Positions 48,585-58,291 of a DNA stretch of 64,000 nucleotides are shown here, in pieces. Numbering within the stretch: the stretch's first letter is position 1; the number at the start of each line of letters is the position of its first letter. Source of the DNA: a virus (taxonomy: Duplodnaviria > Heunggongvirae > Uroviricota > Caudoviricetes); IMG/VR virus record IMGVR_UViG_3300031999_000001, positions 128,001 to 192,000 of that record, one strand, 5' to 3'. The notes under the pieces are model-generated. The model ran no database searches and was not told the origin of the DNA. It worked only from the letters and a program-made list of their open reading frames with translations. A program made the translations under genes and the position numbers.

Positions 48585-49076
48585 TTACAGGTTCAAAATA
48601 CATCTCCACGGTTGAATTTCTAAAACTATGTTTGTTAATTCATCATTCGTATAATCATTGTCTTGAAAATCAATTGATGTAATCATACATTGTTCCAAAA
48701 ACCATTTTTCAACTTCAATGCCAACCGGGTCTAATGCTTTTAATAAAATGTTTTTAGCATATCCTGCTTTATAACCCATACGACCAGTAAGTGATTCAGC
48801 ATGTAAACGAACCCATTCCATAAGTTGTTGTGATGTTGATGGACCTATCGGGTCAAGAAATGTAATTTGCATTGTATCCCAAACATATCTTCCAGCAACA
48901 TAATTTTGTTCGTTCATAAACATAATCGGAACTGAATTTATTTTTAATGATGGTCTTTTAAATTTTTGAACTTTCCAAACTTCAATGCCTAATTCATCAG
49001 CAAATTCAGCAAAGAATCTATTAACTCTTTTTGGTTCATATTCGAACGGAATCCCACGAATCATTTCCCCTGCCAT
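48585..49076 (-). CDS. Tail tube protein (gp19-like)
   Basis: EPKRVNRF, WDTMQITFLDPI and EWVR motifs; directly downstream of the sheath gene. Confidence 0.85.
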   Translation of the reverse strand: MAGEMIRGIPFEYEPKRVNRFFAEFADELGIEVWKVQKFKRPSLKINSVPIMFMNEQNYVAGRYVWDTMQITFLDPIGPSTSQQLMEWVRLHAESLTGRMGYKAGYAKNILLKALDPVGIEVEKWFLEQCMITSIDFQDNDYTNDELTNIVLEIQPWRCILNL

Positions 49077-49101
49077 AATATTTATTATTAAATAATGTTA
49101 T

Positions 49102-49132
49102 TCTTTGTAATATATTATCTTTGTAATATATT
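49102..49132. repeat. 16-bp-period tandem duplication TCTTTGTAATATATT in the tube-gene leader
   Basis: Copies at 49102-49116 and 49118-49132. Confidence 0.6.
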
Positions 49133-49137
49133 TTTAT

Positions 49138-49145
49138 ATAAATAC
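49138..49145 (-). promoter_or_regulatory. GTATTTAT late motif
   Basis: Upstream of the tail tube gene. Confidence 0.6.
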
Positions 49146-49221
49146 TGTGTATTATAAAAAATATTAATAAAAAGAAACTAATTGATTATTTTACCATAAA
49201 TAATAAATCTGGATATAAAAC

Positions 49222-49259
49222 AAAAAAAAGCCACTAAAAATAAATTTAATGGCTTTTTT
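49222..49259. terminator. Intrinsic terminator after the sheath gene
   Basis: AAAAAAGCCA...TGGCTTTTTT inverted repeat. Confidence 0.65.
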
Positions 49260-49270
49260 AAAAATTTTAA

Positions 49271-51997
49271 TTATGCACCAACATCGGCAAATGATGCACC
49301 AGTGGGTGTAATTGTAAATGTAATACCAATAAATTCAAGAGCACGTGTTGGTTTTAAGAATAATTCACCATACAATTCGTTTCTATCCATTGATTCTGTA
49401 CTATTATTACTATCGTCCATTTTTATTCTGAACTCATATAAACCTCTTTCTCTTTTAATACTATCAAGTATTGGAGTTGCTTTTTGTAAGAATTGGTCAA
49501 TAGTTGTTTGATCGTTCTGGTCAAATACAAGTCTGATTGCAATATTTGCAATAAGTACTTTAATCTGAAGTAATAATCTTCGAACATTGATTCTGTCAAG
49601 AGCACTTTCTTTAACCTGAAGTGTTTTTTGTCCGAATATTGCTGTTCCCGCATCTGCAAAATCAGCCATTGGGTTAATTCTTCCAGCATATAACACATCA
49701 CGAGCATCTTGTGATAATTTATATTTTGATTTTCTTGCATCAGTTACACCACGTTGTAAACCAGCAGGTGCAAACCAAGGAAATTTTGTATTATCAGTAA
49801 ATGCCATTGCTTTTACAACTTCACCAGTTGGTGGAAGATAAACATTTACATTATTCTGTGTATCTCTTATTTGAATCCAAGGAAAATATGTGCAAGAATA
49901 GCTGCTATCAATATCTGCTGTGTCAAGTAAATCAACAACATCCTCTGCATTAATAACATCAGTTTTTGCTTCACCAACAACCTGTGGCATTCCGATATCT
50001 GGAGAATCAATAATATATAATGTATCGGTTCTTTCTGTTTCAATCATTTCAATAGTATCTTGAATTAAAATATTTTGGTCGCTCCAATTAATACCCGGAG
50101 TTGCAAAAAGATTAATTGTTATTTCTTCAGGATTTGCAAATGTATTAATTGCAGTTTCCCATGCTTGGAAATCATTTAATGGTGTAACATTAGGGGCAAC
50201 ACCGTCATAAATTCCGCCTTGACGATATGAATCACCATATGAACGTACAATTCTATGAACATCCCATCCATCAAAACCACCTGCAGGAACTAATGTGAAC
50301 TTTCTTGAATTTAATTCATAATATGAATTTGTTGGGTCAGCAATATCACTAACTGTTTGGAATCGACTCTCACCAACTTCAAATTGAAATCCATTATATG
50401 TTCCAGTTGCACCAGAATCCATATGAAATCCTTTTGTATTAACAAAACCACCATACCCAATAAAATTAAAGAAGTTTTGATTAACGCCACTTCCAAGTAA
50501 GGTACTGTCAGCACTATTATATCCCTTTTCAGAAATACCCAAATATACTTTTCTAATTTTTTCTGTTGATGTATAACTTGTTTTATAGAAAATTTTTGGT
50601 GCAACACCAGTAAATCCACTATACTGATTAAATAAATATCCTTCAAAACCTGCAGGAAATACATCTGGTGCAAGTTCGGGCGCAAGTTCAATCATTATAT
50701 ATTTGCTTTGAAGATCATATTCACCATTAGTTGTGCCAATACGTTGTGCAATATAACCAGTTGTGCCTTTTATCATATTACATCTTGAGAAAGTTTCTAA
50801 TACTTTTACATTGTTATCAGTATCATTAAAATCACGAACCACAACATCAAATTCTAATGATTCTGGATTAATATTAGCAATACTGATTTTAATTTCTTGA
50901 TTTGCAGCATCACCATCAGAAATACTGATAAATTTAAACAATTTATCTACAGTACTACCTTTTATTTGTGATACAACCCAAGGTGTTTCGGGTGTTCTAA
51001 ATGCAACACCACCTGCTGCTGGTCTATAATCGGTGAATACATTGGTATTACAATTAAGCAATGTTGAATTAATACCATAACCAATACCATCAGCATCTAA
51101 TTTTTTAATTAAATCTGGATAAACTGCCTGAACCCATATTTTATTGCTCTTATCTTTTGGTTCAAAACCAATTACATTTGGTAAGAAATTACTTGAATTT
51201 GGATTTAATGATGCGGTATATGTTTCTACTGATGTACCAGATAATGCAACCAATTTAAATTGTCCAAATAAATCACCACTACCAATAACCGTTGTATTTG
51301 CTGAAACAGGTAATGTGAGATTAGTTGTCCAGAATTCTGTATCAGGTGCTGCATTTACAATATCAGATACAGTTGCTCTGCTTCTAACAACAGCAAGCAC
51401 CATATTTTCATATTCAGTAAGTGAAGTACCCGTTAATACAGTTACAAGATCAGTAACAGTACCGCCAGTAAGAGTTATTGTTGTTGCAGTAAATTCATGT
51501 AAATAACCTTCAAAATCAGTAGTATTTATTTTAGTATATCCACTAAATGCACTACCAGTATCACCAGTAATATATAGTGCAACACCTAAATACATACCAT
51601 TAGTAAATGACACACCAGTATATATACTTGATGTTGATCTACCAGTTGTTGCTGGGTCAACACCAGCACTTAATGTAAGTGCCCATGCTGTTCCTGCTTC
51701 ATATCCCGATAAACCCAATACTCTGGTCACCCATAATTGATTTGTTTCGTCTAAATATGCATTTCCAACATAAGGTAATTGATATTGAAGTAAACCACTT
51801 GAAAATCTTTTTGCACTTTGTGCACCAAATCTTTGTGCAAATTGTGTTTTATCCTGAACAAAAACAGGTTCAAATGCAGGACCTTTTAATGTTTCACCAA
51901 CCAATCCTAAAGTTGTTATACCCACATTACGTGTTACAAAAGTTAAATCACGTTCTTTAAATTTCGCCCCCGGAGAGGTAAATACAAATTCTGCCAT
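49271..51997 (-). CDS. Contractile tail sheath protein (gp18-like)
   Basis: FTSPG, KGPAFEP, PWFAPAGLQRG, FGQKTLQ, LDRINVRRLL and KPTRALEFI motifs. Confidence 0.95.
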   Translation of the reverse strand: MAEFVFTSPGAKFKERDLTFVTRNVGITTLGLVGETLKGPAFEPVFVQDKTQFAQRFGAQSAKRFSSGLLQYQLPYVGNAYLDETNQLWVTRVLGLSGYEAGTAWALTLSAGVDPATTGRSTSSIYTGVSFTNGMYLGVALYITGDTGSAFSGYTKINTTDFEGYLHEFTATTITLTGGTVTDLVTVLTGTSLTEYENMVLAVVRSRATVSDIVNAAPDTEFWTTNLTLPVSANTTVIGSGDLFGQFKLVALSGTSVETYTASLNPNSSNFLPNVIGFEPKDKSNKIWVQAVYPDLIKKLDADGIGYGINSTLLNCNTNVFTDYRPAAGGVAFRTPETPWVVSQIKGSTVDKLFKFISISDGDAANQEIKISIANINPESLEFDVVVRDFNDTDNNVKVLETFSRCNMIKGTTGYIAQRIGTTNGEYDLQSKYIMIELAPELAPDVFPAGFEGYLFNQYSGFTGVAPKIFYKTSYTSTEKIRKVYLGISEKGYNSADSTLLGSGVNQNFFNFIGYGGFVNTKGFHMDSGATGTYNGFQFEVGESRFQTVSDIADPTNSYYELNSRKFTLVPAGGFDGWDVHRIVRSYGDSYRQGGIYDGVAPNVTPLNDFQAWETAINTFANPEEITINLFATPGINWSDQNILIQDTIEMIETERTDTLYIIDSPDIGMPQVVGEAKTDVINAEDVVDLLDTADIDSSYSCTYFPWIQIRDTQNNVNVYLPPTGEVVKAMAFTDNTKFPWFAPAGLQRGVTDARKSKYKLSQDARDVLYAGRINPMADFADAGTAIFGQKTLQVKESALDRINVRRLLLQIKVLIANIAIRLVFDQNDQTTIDQFLQKATPILDSIKRERGLYEFRIKMDDSNNSTESMDRNELYGELFLKPTRALEFIGITFTITPTGASFADVGA

Positions 51998-52061
51998 TTT
52001 AATTAATTATTAATGTTTTTATTTATTATTTTCTGCTATTAGCTTTCGCCACATTTTTTTA

Positions 52062-52069
52062 ATAAATAC
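52062..52069 (-). promoter_or_regulatory. GTATTTAT late motif
   Basis: Upstream of the sheath gene. Confidence 0.55.
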
Positions 52070-52277
52070 TAAAAAATAATGCAAAAGGTATTTCTTTTTA
52101 ATTATTATCATACTGTATTTCTTGTTCATAAATTCAAATTTTTATCTTTTTTATTTTTTTTATCTCAGATTTTTAAGATTTTTTAATTTTTTACTTTAAA
52201 TTCTCTCAAATTTTTATAAAAAAATATTTTACTTTTTTTGAAAATATTTTTTTATTGATAAGGAATTCTTAATATTA

Positions 52278-52285
52278 GTATTTAT
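52278..52285 (+). promoter_or_regulatory. GTATTTAT late motif
   Basis: 16 nt upstream of the probable ATG at 52302; divergent from the sheath motif. Confidence 0.55.
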
Positions 52286-52301
52286 GAAAAAGATATTTTT
52301 T

Positions 52302-54428
52302 ATGAACAAATCACAACGAATTCGATTAGATGTTAATGCATTAAATGAAGATAAACATATAAAAGTTCAACTTGAACAAAATGTTAATACTCTTGAATTT
52401 TTATCAATGAGTATTGATATAAAAGATGTGTATCAGGATTTTAATGCAGATTATGGTGTTTTGGTTGGAAGAGTTATTGCTAATGGTGGTATTGGTATTC
52501 CAAATGCCAAAATAAGCATATTTATACCACTTACAGACGAAGATACTGAAAACAGTGAAATATATAGCATTTATCCATATAAAACGCTAAGAGACAAGAA
52601 TAATGAGGGAAAAAGATATAATTTATTACCACGAGTCGGAAAAAAAGACTTAATGACAGGAATTATTTCACCAAAACAACCATTTGGTTCATTTCCAATT
52701 AAAGAAGAAATTGTAACAAATGAACCATTTTTAAATGTCTATAAAAAATATTATAAATATACGGCATTAACCAATAATGCAGGTGATTATATGATTTTTG
52801 GTGTGCCAATTGGAACACAAACAGTTCATTTAAGTGTTGATATTACCGATATTGGTAAATATAGTATGACACCAGCAGCAATGGTTACAAATCTTGGATA
52901 TTCTCCAAATTTATTTACCGATAATAACACAAAAATAAAGCCAAGTAATGATTTGAATGATTTACCACATATTGAAACACAAGAAATTAGTGTTGATATT
53001 ATGCCATTCTGGGGAGATACCGAAAATTTCACAATTGGTATAACACGTCAGGATTTTAGAATTAGGTCTGTTCTCACCAACACATTTGTGCTTTTTGGAA
53101 GCGTGTTTACTGATGGTAACAATACCATGTGGAGTGCTGAGTATACAACTGAAGAGAGAATCAGCGAGTATTTCAGAGCCAGCCATCCATCACAGACATT
53201 GCATGGGGTCTACAATAAACGGATTGGAATAGTTACAGAAAAAATTTATTATTATCCAGCAAATATTAGTGATACTGAAATCGATACGGGTCAGGCTAAA
53301 AATGATGGTAGTGATATGAAACTTCTGGATAAAAGCGAGTATTCTGTATATAAACGTGATGGTGATTTCGTGGTTATTGTTAGTTGTAATAGAAATAAAA
53401 TCATTACCAATGAATTGGGAAACCCCGTACCTGTGGATAATAATAGTGTTGAGGGAATATTTACAAAATTCAGGGGATTTATAACATTAGAACTCAGTAA
53501 AGAAATTGTTTCATTAGATTTTAGCACAAATGTAGGTCAGAATGTTGATATTGTACCACTAAGATATAAACTAAAATTTCCACAATACGCCAATCAAAAT
53601 CAGGGATTTGAGCCACCTGATGAATCAAGTGGTGTTGACTCCACCAGAACCAATAATTGGAGAAAACAACATAAGGTTTTTGAAGGTGGAAAATATTATA
53701 GTGTTGCTAAGTTTCACGGAATTACTTTCAATAATTGGGGAGGTAATGATAACCAGCAAACTGATAGTAATGGATTTTTTATAAAGGACACACATAATAA
53801 TCTCACTTGTGATGATCGTAATAATAATGTTGGTATTTTAGTAACAGAAACTGATGGGATTTATCCCAATGGCAATTATCAGTTTCCAAGTAATGGTGTA
53901 ACAACAGGTTCGTTAAATGCGTTTGGTGCTGCATGGTTAAATCTAACAGTTCATCTTCCACAAGTGGGAAAGTCAATAGATGGTTGGGAAAAAATGGATT
54001 ATGTAAGAACGAATGACAACTTCAGTCATCAAAAAAGAGAAAATGATAACAGATATAATTATTTAAACGGTTATTATGTGGGGGATAATCAACAAATAAT
54101 TGCTGCACAGCAATTTAATACAAAATGGTTTGCTCGTTCTGATGTACATTGGACTGATATTATTGAAGTTCCAGTCACAGATATAATTGCAATGAAAGCT
54201 CTTGATACAAAAGGATTCACAAACTCAAATATACCAACAGTAACAGGTATTGAATATCGTAATGGTGACTATAAACCTTCAAATTGGACAGTAACTGTAG
54301 CAGCACCATTAAATGGTCAGAAGAAGAATGGTATTCCTACTGCTAATAGTGATGCAACTAAATATTTTTACAAGGGATGGGGTCCGTCCGATTGTATTAA
54401 ATATTTGGAAGAACTCGGAATAATATAA
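52302..54428 (+). CDS. Virion/baseplate protein with variable C-terminal region (candidate receptor-binding protein)
   Basis: ADYGVLVGRV..NGG.GIPNAKISIF and TNNAGDYMIFGVPIG (carboxypeptidase-regulatory-like sandwich); GC content rises after ~53040. Confidence 0.55.
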   Translation: MNKSQRIRLDVNALNEDKHIKVQLEQNVNTLEFLSMSIDIKDVYQDFNADYGVLVGRVIANGGIGIPNAKISIFIPLTDEDTENSEIYSIYPYKTLRDKNNEGKRYNLLPRVGKKDLMTGIISPKQPFGSFPIKEEIVTNEPFLNVYKKYYKYTALTNNAGDYMIFGVPIGTQTVHLSVDITDIGKYSMTPAAMVTNLGYSPNLFTDNNTKIKPSNDLNDLPHIETQEISVDIMPFWGDTENFTIGITRQDFRIRSVLTNTFVLFGSVFTDGNNTMWSAEYTTEERISEYFRASHPSQTLHGVYNKRIGIVTEKIYYYPANISDTEIDTGQAKNDGSDMKLLDKSEYSVYKRDGDFVVIVSCNRNKIITNELGNPVPVDNNSVEGIFTKFRGFITLELSKEIVSLDFSTNVGQNVDIVPLRYKLKFPQYANQNQGFEPPDESSGVDSTRTNNWRKQHKVFEGGKYYSVAKFHGITFNNWGGNDNQQTDSNGFFIKDTHNNLTCDDRNNNVGILVTETDGIYPNGNYQFPSNGVTTGSLNAFGAAWLNLTVHLPQVGKSIDGWEKMDYVRTNDNFSHQKRENDNRYNYLNGYYVGDNQQIIAAQQFNTKWFARSDVHWTDIIEVPVTDIIAMKALDTKGFTNSNIPTVTGIEYRNGDYKPSNWTVTVAAPLNGQKKNGIPTANSDATKYFYKGWGPSDCIKYLEELGII

Positions 54429-54433
54429 AAAAA

Positions 54434-54456
54434 AACCCTCTCGATTTGAGAGGGTT
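54434..54456. terminator. Terminator between convergent genes
   Basis: AACCCTCTC-GATTT-GAGAGGGTT preceded by an A run. Confidence 0.75.
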
Positions 54457-54460
54457 AGTT

Positions 54461-54934
54461 TTATTTTTGTAGAGTATAAACCCCATTATCAGGCAGGTAA
54501 ACACCCCCCATGTTTGCATCAGTTAATTTCAATACGAGTATTTTATTTGCCCTGTCAAAACTCTCCACATCAAACTTACACACAAAAATTCCACCATTCT
54601 TCAATACAAGTTTCCCAGCATTCCTATCATAATCCACCGTATTACCATATGTTTCTAATGATGTACACTCACTATCCAATGTCCATTCAGAACCAATATT
54701 GAGTGATATGAGCATTAAATCACCAGCCAAGACATCACCATTGGTGGAAACTGAAAGTTCGGAACACTCATAATACGTTTTATCGTAATCATATTGTGTG
54801 GAAATCCATATACCCTGTAGTTCATCAAGAGTAATTGCTCCATCAGTAACAATAGGGTCATCATCTTTTTCACAATTGGTGCTTATAAGAACCATTGCAA
54901 ACATTAGTGCGAATAAATAAATTACTTTTTTCAT
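54461..54934 (-). CDS. Bacteroidota-type lipoprotein, lipocalin-like
   Basis: Signal peptide MKKVIYLFALMFAMVLISTN-C followed by EKDDD; LQGIW motif; C-terminal YTLQK. Confidence 0.72.
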   Translation of the reverse strand: MKKVIYLFALMFAMVLISTNCEKDDDPIVTDGAITLDELQGIWISTQYDYDKTYYECSELSVSTNGDVLAGDLMLISLNIGSEWTLDSECTSLETYGNTVDYDRNAGKLVLKNGGIFVCKFDVESFDRANKILVLKLTDANMGGVYLPDNGVYTLQK

Positions 54935-54967
54935 TTTTTCTATTTTTTAGTTAAACATATCTTATTA

Positions 54968-54993
54968 TACGAATTAAATTTAAAAATGTTACA
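54968..54993 (-). promoter_or_regulatory. Possible ECF-sigma-type promoter (TGTAAC-N16-CGTA)
   Basis: Minus strand reads TGTAACATTTTTAAATTTAATTCGTATAAT upstream of the lipoprotein gene. Confidence 0.4.
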
Positions 54994-55015
54994 AAAAACA
55001 TAAAATATTTTTAAG

Positions 55016-55023
55016 GTATTTAT
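55016..55023 (+). promoter_or_regulatory. GTATTTAT late motif
   Basis: 15 nt upstream of the GTG at 55039. Confidence 0.6.
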
Positions 55024-55038
55024 AGTAAACAACAAAAA

Positions 55039-56202
55039 GTGGAAATATTACTCAATAGTCTTAAAAATATTAATTCTGTTAATACTGATATGTTTGAAAA
55101 AGTTGAATTACTTAATGAACCAGCATTAATTAATGAGTATGATATTCGTAATGTGCTTAGTGTCACCGAAATATTTGATGCAGAAAGAGAAGCAAATGAA
55201 ATTTATAGAATTTATGGTAAAATTGAATATATATCATTATTAAATGGATTAAAATCACAATATATTCAATTTGAAGACTTTTTTTCACCACAAACAACAG
55301 GAAATTATAAAAACATATTAAATTCTTTTGATTTTTATTTAGTTAAGGCAGGAACAGGATATACACAAATTATTAGTGGTGGTAGTACCATATTATGGAC
55401 AAGATATTTTGAAGTAATTGCAACTCCAAGTGAATTTGATATCTATCCTATTGGATTTTCAAACAATGTTTATGGAGAACAAGCATATGGATTTAATTTT
55501 AATATTGATATTAATGTTGCAAATTTTCTTGATAATTTTAGATTTCCAGCAACTGAATTATTTTTATATGCACAATATAAACCAACAACAATTCCAAATC
55601 CGATTGAAATACTTTCTGGCACAATATGGTCACCAACAGGAAATGATACCCAATTTCCATTTGAACCAATATATTTAAATATAGGTGATTATGTTAAATC
55701 ATTTTTTGATGTAAAAATTGGTGATTTAATTGAATATTCTAAATCAAATTTTTTACAAATACAACACACACCACAAACATTTCGCATACAAACACCATAT
55801 AATGAAGGTCGTTTGATATGGAAATATAATCCATTTATTCCATTTAGACTTAGATATTTCGCAAATGAATTAAATAAAGAAAATATTAGTGGTACATCAT
55901 ACGAACAAACATCTTCAATACCATATTATGCAACAGAATATCCCCTTGGTACTGGAAACTATGTTTGGAGAAACATTTTATCACAGGGATATATTGACCC
56001 ATTAACTGGTATTGGTGTTGATTATCCGTTTATTAATAAAAGAAGATATTTATTTTCAAATATAGTTTTTGATGTAATTCCAGATTTAAATGATAATCAA
56101 ACACTTGAAGCATTTAAAGAAATATGGTTTAGTCGATATTCAACAAAAATAAATGTTACGCCAATGGGTGATATTAATAACATAGGAAAACCATGTCAAT
56201 AA
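55039..56202 (+). CDS. Probable virion structural protein
   Basis: FDAERE..YRIYGKI, WRNIL and GVDYPFIN motifs; late motif upstream. Confidence 0.55.
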   Translation: MEILLNSLKNINSVNTDMFEKVELLNEPALINEYDIRNVLSVTEIFDAEREANEIYRIYGKIEYISLLNGLKSQYIQFEDFFSPQTTGNYKNILNSFDFYLVKAGTGYTQIISGGSTILWTRYFEVIATPSEFDIYPIGFSNNVYGEQAYGFNFNIDINVANFLDNFRFPATELFLYAQYKPTTIPNPIEILSGTIWSPTGNDTQFPFEPIYLNIGDYVKSFFDVKIGDLIEYSKSNFLQIQHTPQTFRIQTPYNEGRLIWKYNPFIPFRLRYFANELNKENISGTSYEQTSSIPYYATEYPLGTGNYVWRNILSQGYIDPLTGIGVDYPFINKRRYLFSNIVFDVIPDLNDNQTLEAFKEIWFSRYSTKINVTPMGDINNIGKPCQ

Positions 56203-57029
56203 TTAAAGAAAGGGTAAGATTTAATAGCAATTTAATTGGAATTAGTGGTAATACAAATATTATTACTGGTAATACAATAAATTTCAAATTTTCTTTGGGA
56301 TTAAAAGATAATTTTATTGGATATCAGCAAGAAATTGATAGTTTAACATCATTTACTACAATTGATTTGGTAAATCCTGTTGTTGATGAAGAAAAAAGAA
56401 AATTTAAATTAAATCCATTACCTGATTCAACAATAACACTTCAATTTAAATTTTATAGCGGAACATCATCTCCCCCATATCAAACTTCATTTAAAAATGC
56501 GGGTTTTACTGATAATGAAATTAATCAAAATAATTTTAATTTACTTAATAGTTTTTTTATTTTGGATTTTTATAATACATATGATATTAATACACAAATA
56601 AAAATATTTACAACATATTTAACGAAAAAAGGAGCAACACCCATATATTCAATTAATGCAAATATTAATAATCAATTATATTATTGGTATGTTCCAATAT
56701 CATATATGACAGGTACAACTGCTATTGGTTATGTTAAATTTAGTTTTTTTAATGCAAAAACTGGAAAATTAACATTATTTTATAATGAAAACAATATTAC
56801 ACCAGAAACCGCAGAAAAATTATTTTTCAAAGTTGAATTAAATCAGGTTAATAAAACTTGGAAGTTTTTAACTTCACAATATCCAATAATAAATGCAAAA
56901 GAATTTATTAATAGTACTCAATACATTAATAGAATTAATAATACTTATGATAAATTTGATAATTTAAGTCAAACATATCCAACGGGAAATACATTTAATT
57001 ATTTAGAAGGTAATTATTTTACAACATAA
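56193..57029 (+). CDS. Probable virion structural protein
   Basis: NSFFILDFY and FFNAKTG motifs; SG/TG-rich. Confidence 0.55.
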   Translation: MSIIKERVRFNSNLIGISGNTNIITGNTINFKFSLGLKDNFIGYQQEIDSLTSFTTIDLVNPVVDEEKRKFKLNPLPDSTITLQFKFYSGTSSPPYQTSFKNAGFTDNEINQNNFNLLNSFFILDFYNTYDINTQIKIFTTYLTKKGATPIYSINANINNQLYYWYVPISYMTGTTAIGYVKFSFFNAKTGKLTLFYNENNITPETAEKLFFKVELNQVNKTWKFLTSQYPIINAKEFINSTQYINRINNTYDKFDNLSQTYPTGNTFNYLEGNYFTT

Positions 57030-57778
57030 CCAATTCTTGGTCTTCTTGTGGTTTTAACAATTTCAAATTCTTTTTCATCTTGAATAAAACCAAGAATTTT
57101 TAAAGCATATTTTGATACAAAAAATCTATCACCATCAATATTTTCAATTGGATTTGCTTCAGCAAATCCTTCAAAAAGTAATGGAAGTGGATTTCCTTTA
57201 ATAACAATATATTCCTGACGTGATGCAAAATTTTTAAGCACTTGCTCATCATAAAGATTAACATCAACTCTATATTTGGTAAATAAAGCAACTTCATATA
57301 TCAAATCAACATTTGTTGGTTCTGGCATTCTAAATTGAAGATATATTACTTCACCATTATCCAATATCGGAACATTCATATATCTGAACTTACGTGGTTG
57401 TGGAATACGATATTTAGTACCAAGTCTTGTACCAATCCGTTTATCAATACGTCTGACTGTAATATATGGTGTTGGAACGTTTTTATCATTATCCATAAAT
57501 TTCCAAGTCTTACTGAATTCACCCCATCTGTCATTGTCCAAATAGAATGTTGGAACAATTTTATTATCAATTATAGCTTTCATGCCATCACGATTTACAT
57601 AATTAAAAACTGCTTGGTCTAAATCCTCAAGTAAGATTGTTCTTGGAAGATATTTGGTTTTTGAATCAGTTAAACGCATTAATTCTTCAATCCTATCCAA
57701 ACCATATTTAAGATATTCAGTACCAATTTTAGGTGGATTAGTATCAAGTGTTAGTTTTGTTTTCTTTGGAAATGACAT
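57014..57778 (-). CDS. Tail terminator / tail completion protein (gp15-like)
   Basis: LEDLDQAV, PYITVRR and PTNVDLIYEV motifs; structural context. Confidence 0.55.
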   Translation of the reverse strand: MSFPKKTKLTLDTNPPKIGTEYLKYGLDRIEELMRLTDSKTKYLPRTILLEDLDQAVFNYVNRDGMKAIIDNKIVPTFYLDNDRWGEFSKTWKFMDNDKNVPTPYITVRRIDKRIGTRLGTKYRIPQPRKFRYMNVPILDNGEVIYLQFRMPEPTNVDLIYEVALFTKYRVDVNLYDEQVLKNFASRQEYIVIKGNPLPLLFEGFAEANPIENIDGDRFFVSKYALKILGFIQDEKEFEIVKTTRRPRIGYVVK

Positions 57779-57792
57779 TTGAACTTTTTTAT

Positions 57793-57800
57793 ATAAATAC
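57793..57800 (-). promoter_or_regulatory. GTATTTAT late motif
   Basis: 14 nt upstream of the ATG at 57778. Confidence 0.6.
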
Positions 57801-57888
57801 TTATGTGTTATTTATATTTACTATAAATGATGTGTATTTATTTGGTAAAGATTGTTTAATACCTCTAAGAATATTGTTATATTATTAA

Positions 57889-58227
57889 ATGATAATAGTA
57901 AGACCCAAAATATTAAAATTTTTATCTGATGATAATGTAATTAGAGCAATAGCTATATTTCCCTTTATAATATTAGCTACGGAAAGTGATCGTAATTGCT
58001 TATGGTTGATTAACCATGAATCAATACATCTCAGACAACAAATTGAATTATTAATAATACCGTTTTATATTTGGTATTTTTTGGAAAATATTATCCGACA
58101 AATTATTTATAAAGATAAGGTAAAAGCATATAGAAATATAAGTTTTGAAAAAGAAGCTAACTATAATGAGCATAATTTATCTTATTTAAAAAAAAGAAAA
58201 CTATTTTCATTCATAAAATATTATTAA
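57889..58227 (+). CDS. Small HExxH membrane-associated protein
   Basis: INHESIHLRQQIEL, a hydrophobic stretch and AYRNISFEKEA. Confidence 0.65.
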   Translation: MIIVRPKILKFLSDDNVIRAIAIFPFIILATESDRNCLWLINHESIHLRQQIELLIIPFYIWYFLENIIRQIIYKDKVKAYRNISFEKEANYNEHNLSYLKKRKLFSFIKYY

Positions 58228-58243
58228 TAAAATTTAAAATTTC

Positions 58244-58274
58244 TTTGAATTTAATATTAAATTTATTAGATTTG
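58244..58274 (+). promoter_or_regulatory. Consensus Bacteroidota promoter TTTG-N19-TAGATTTG
   Basis: Exact -33/-7 match, 17 nt upstream of the ATG at 58292. Confidence 0.75.
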
Positions 58275-58291
58275 TCAATCAAATCATTAAA

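Noticed and set aside
52090-52260. T-tract-rich spacer between divergent late motifs as bent DNA or ncRNA
   Set aside because: It cannot be distinguished from low-complexity AT-rich intergenic sequence without computation.
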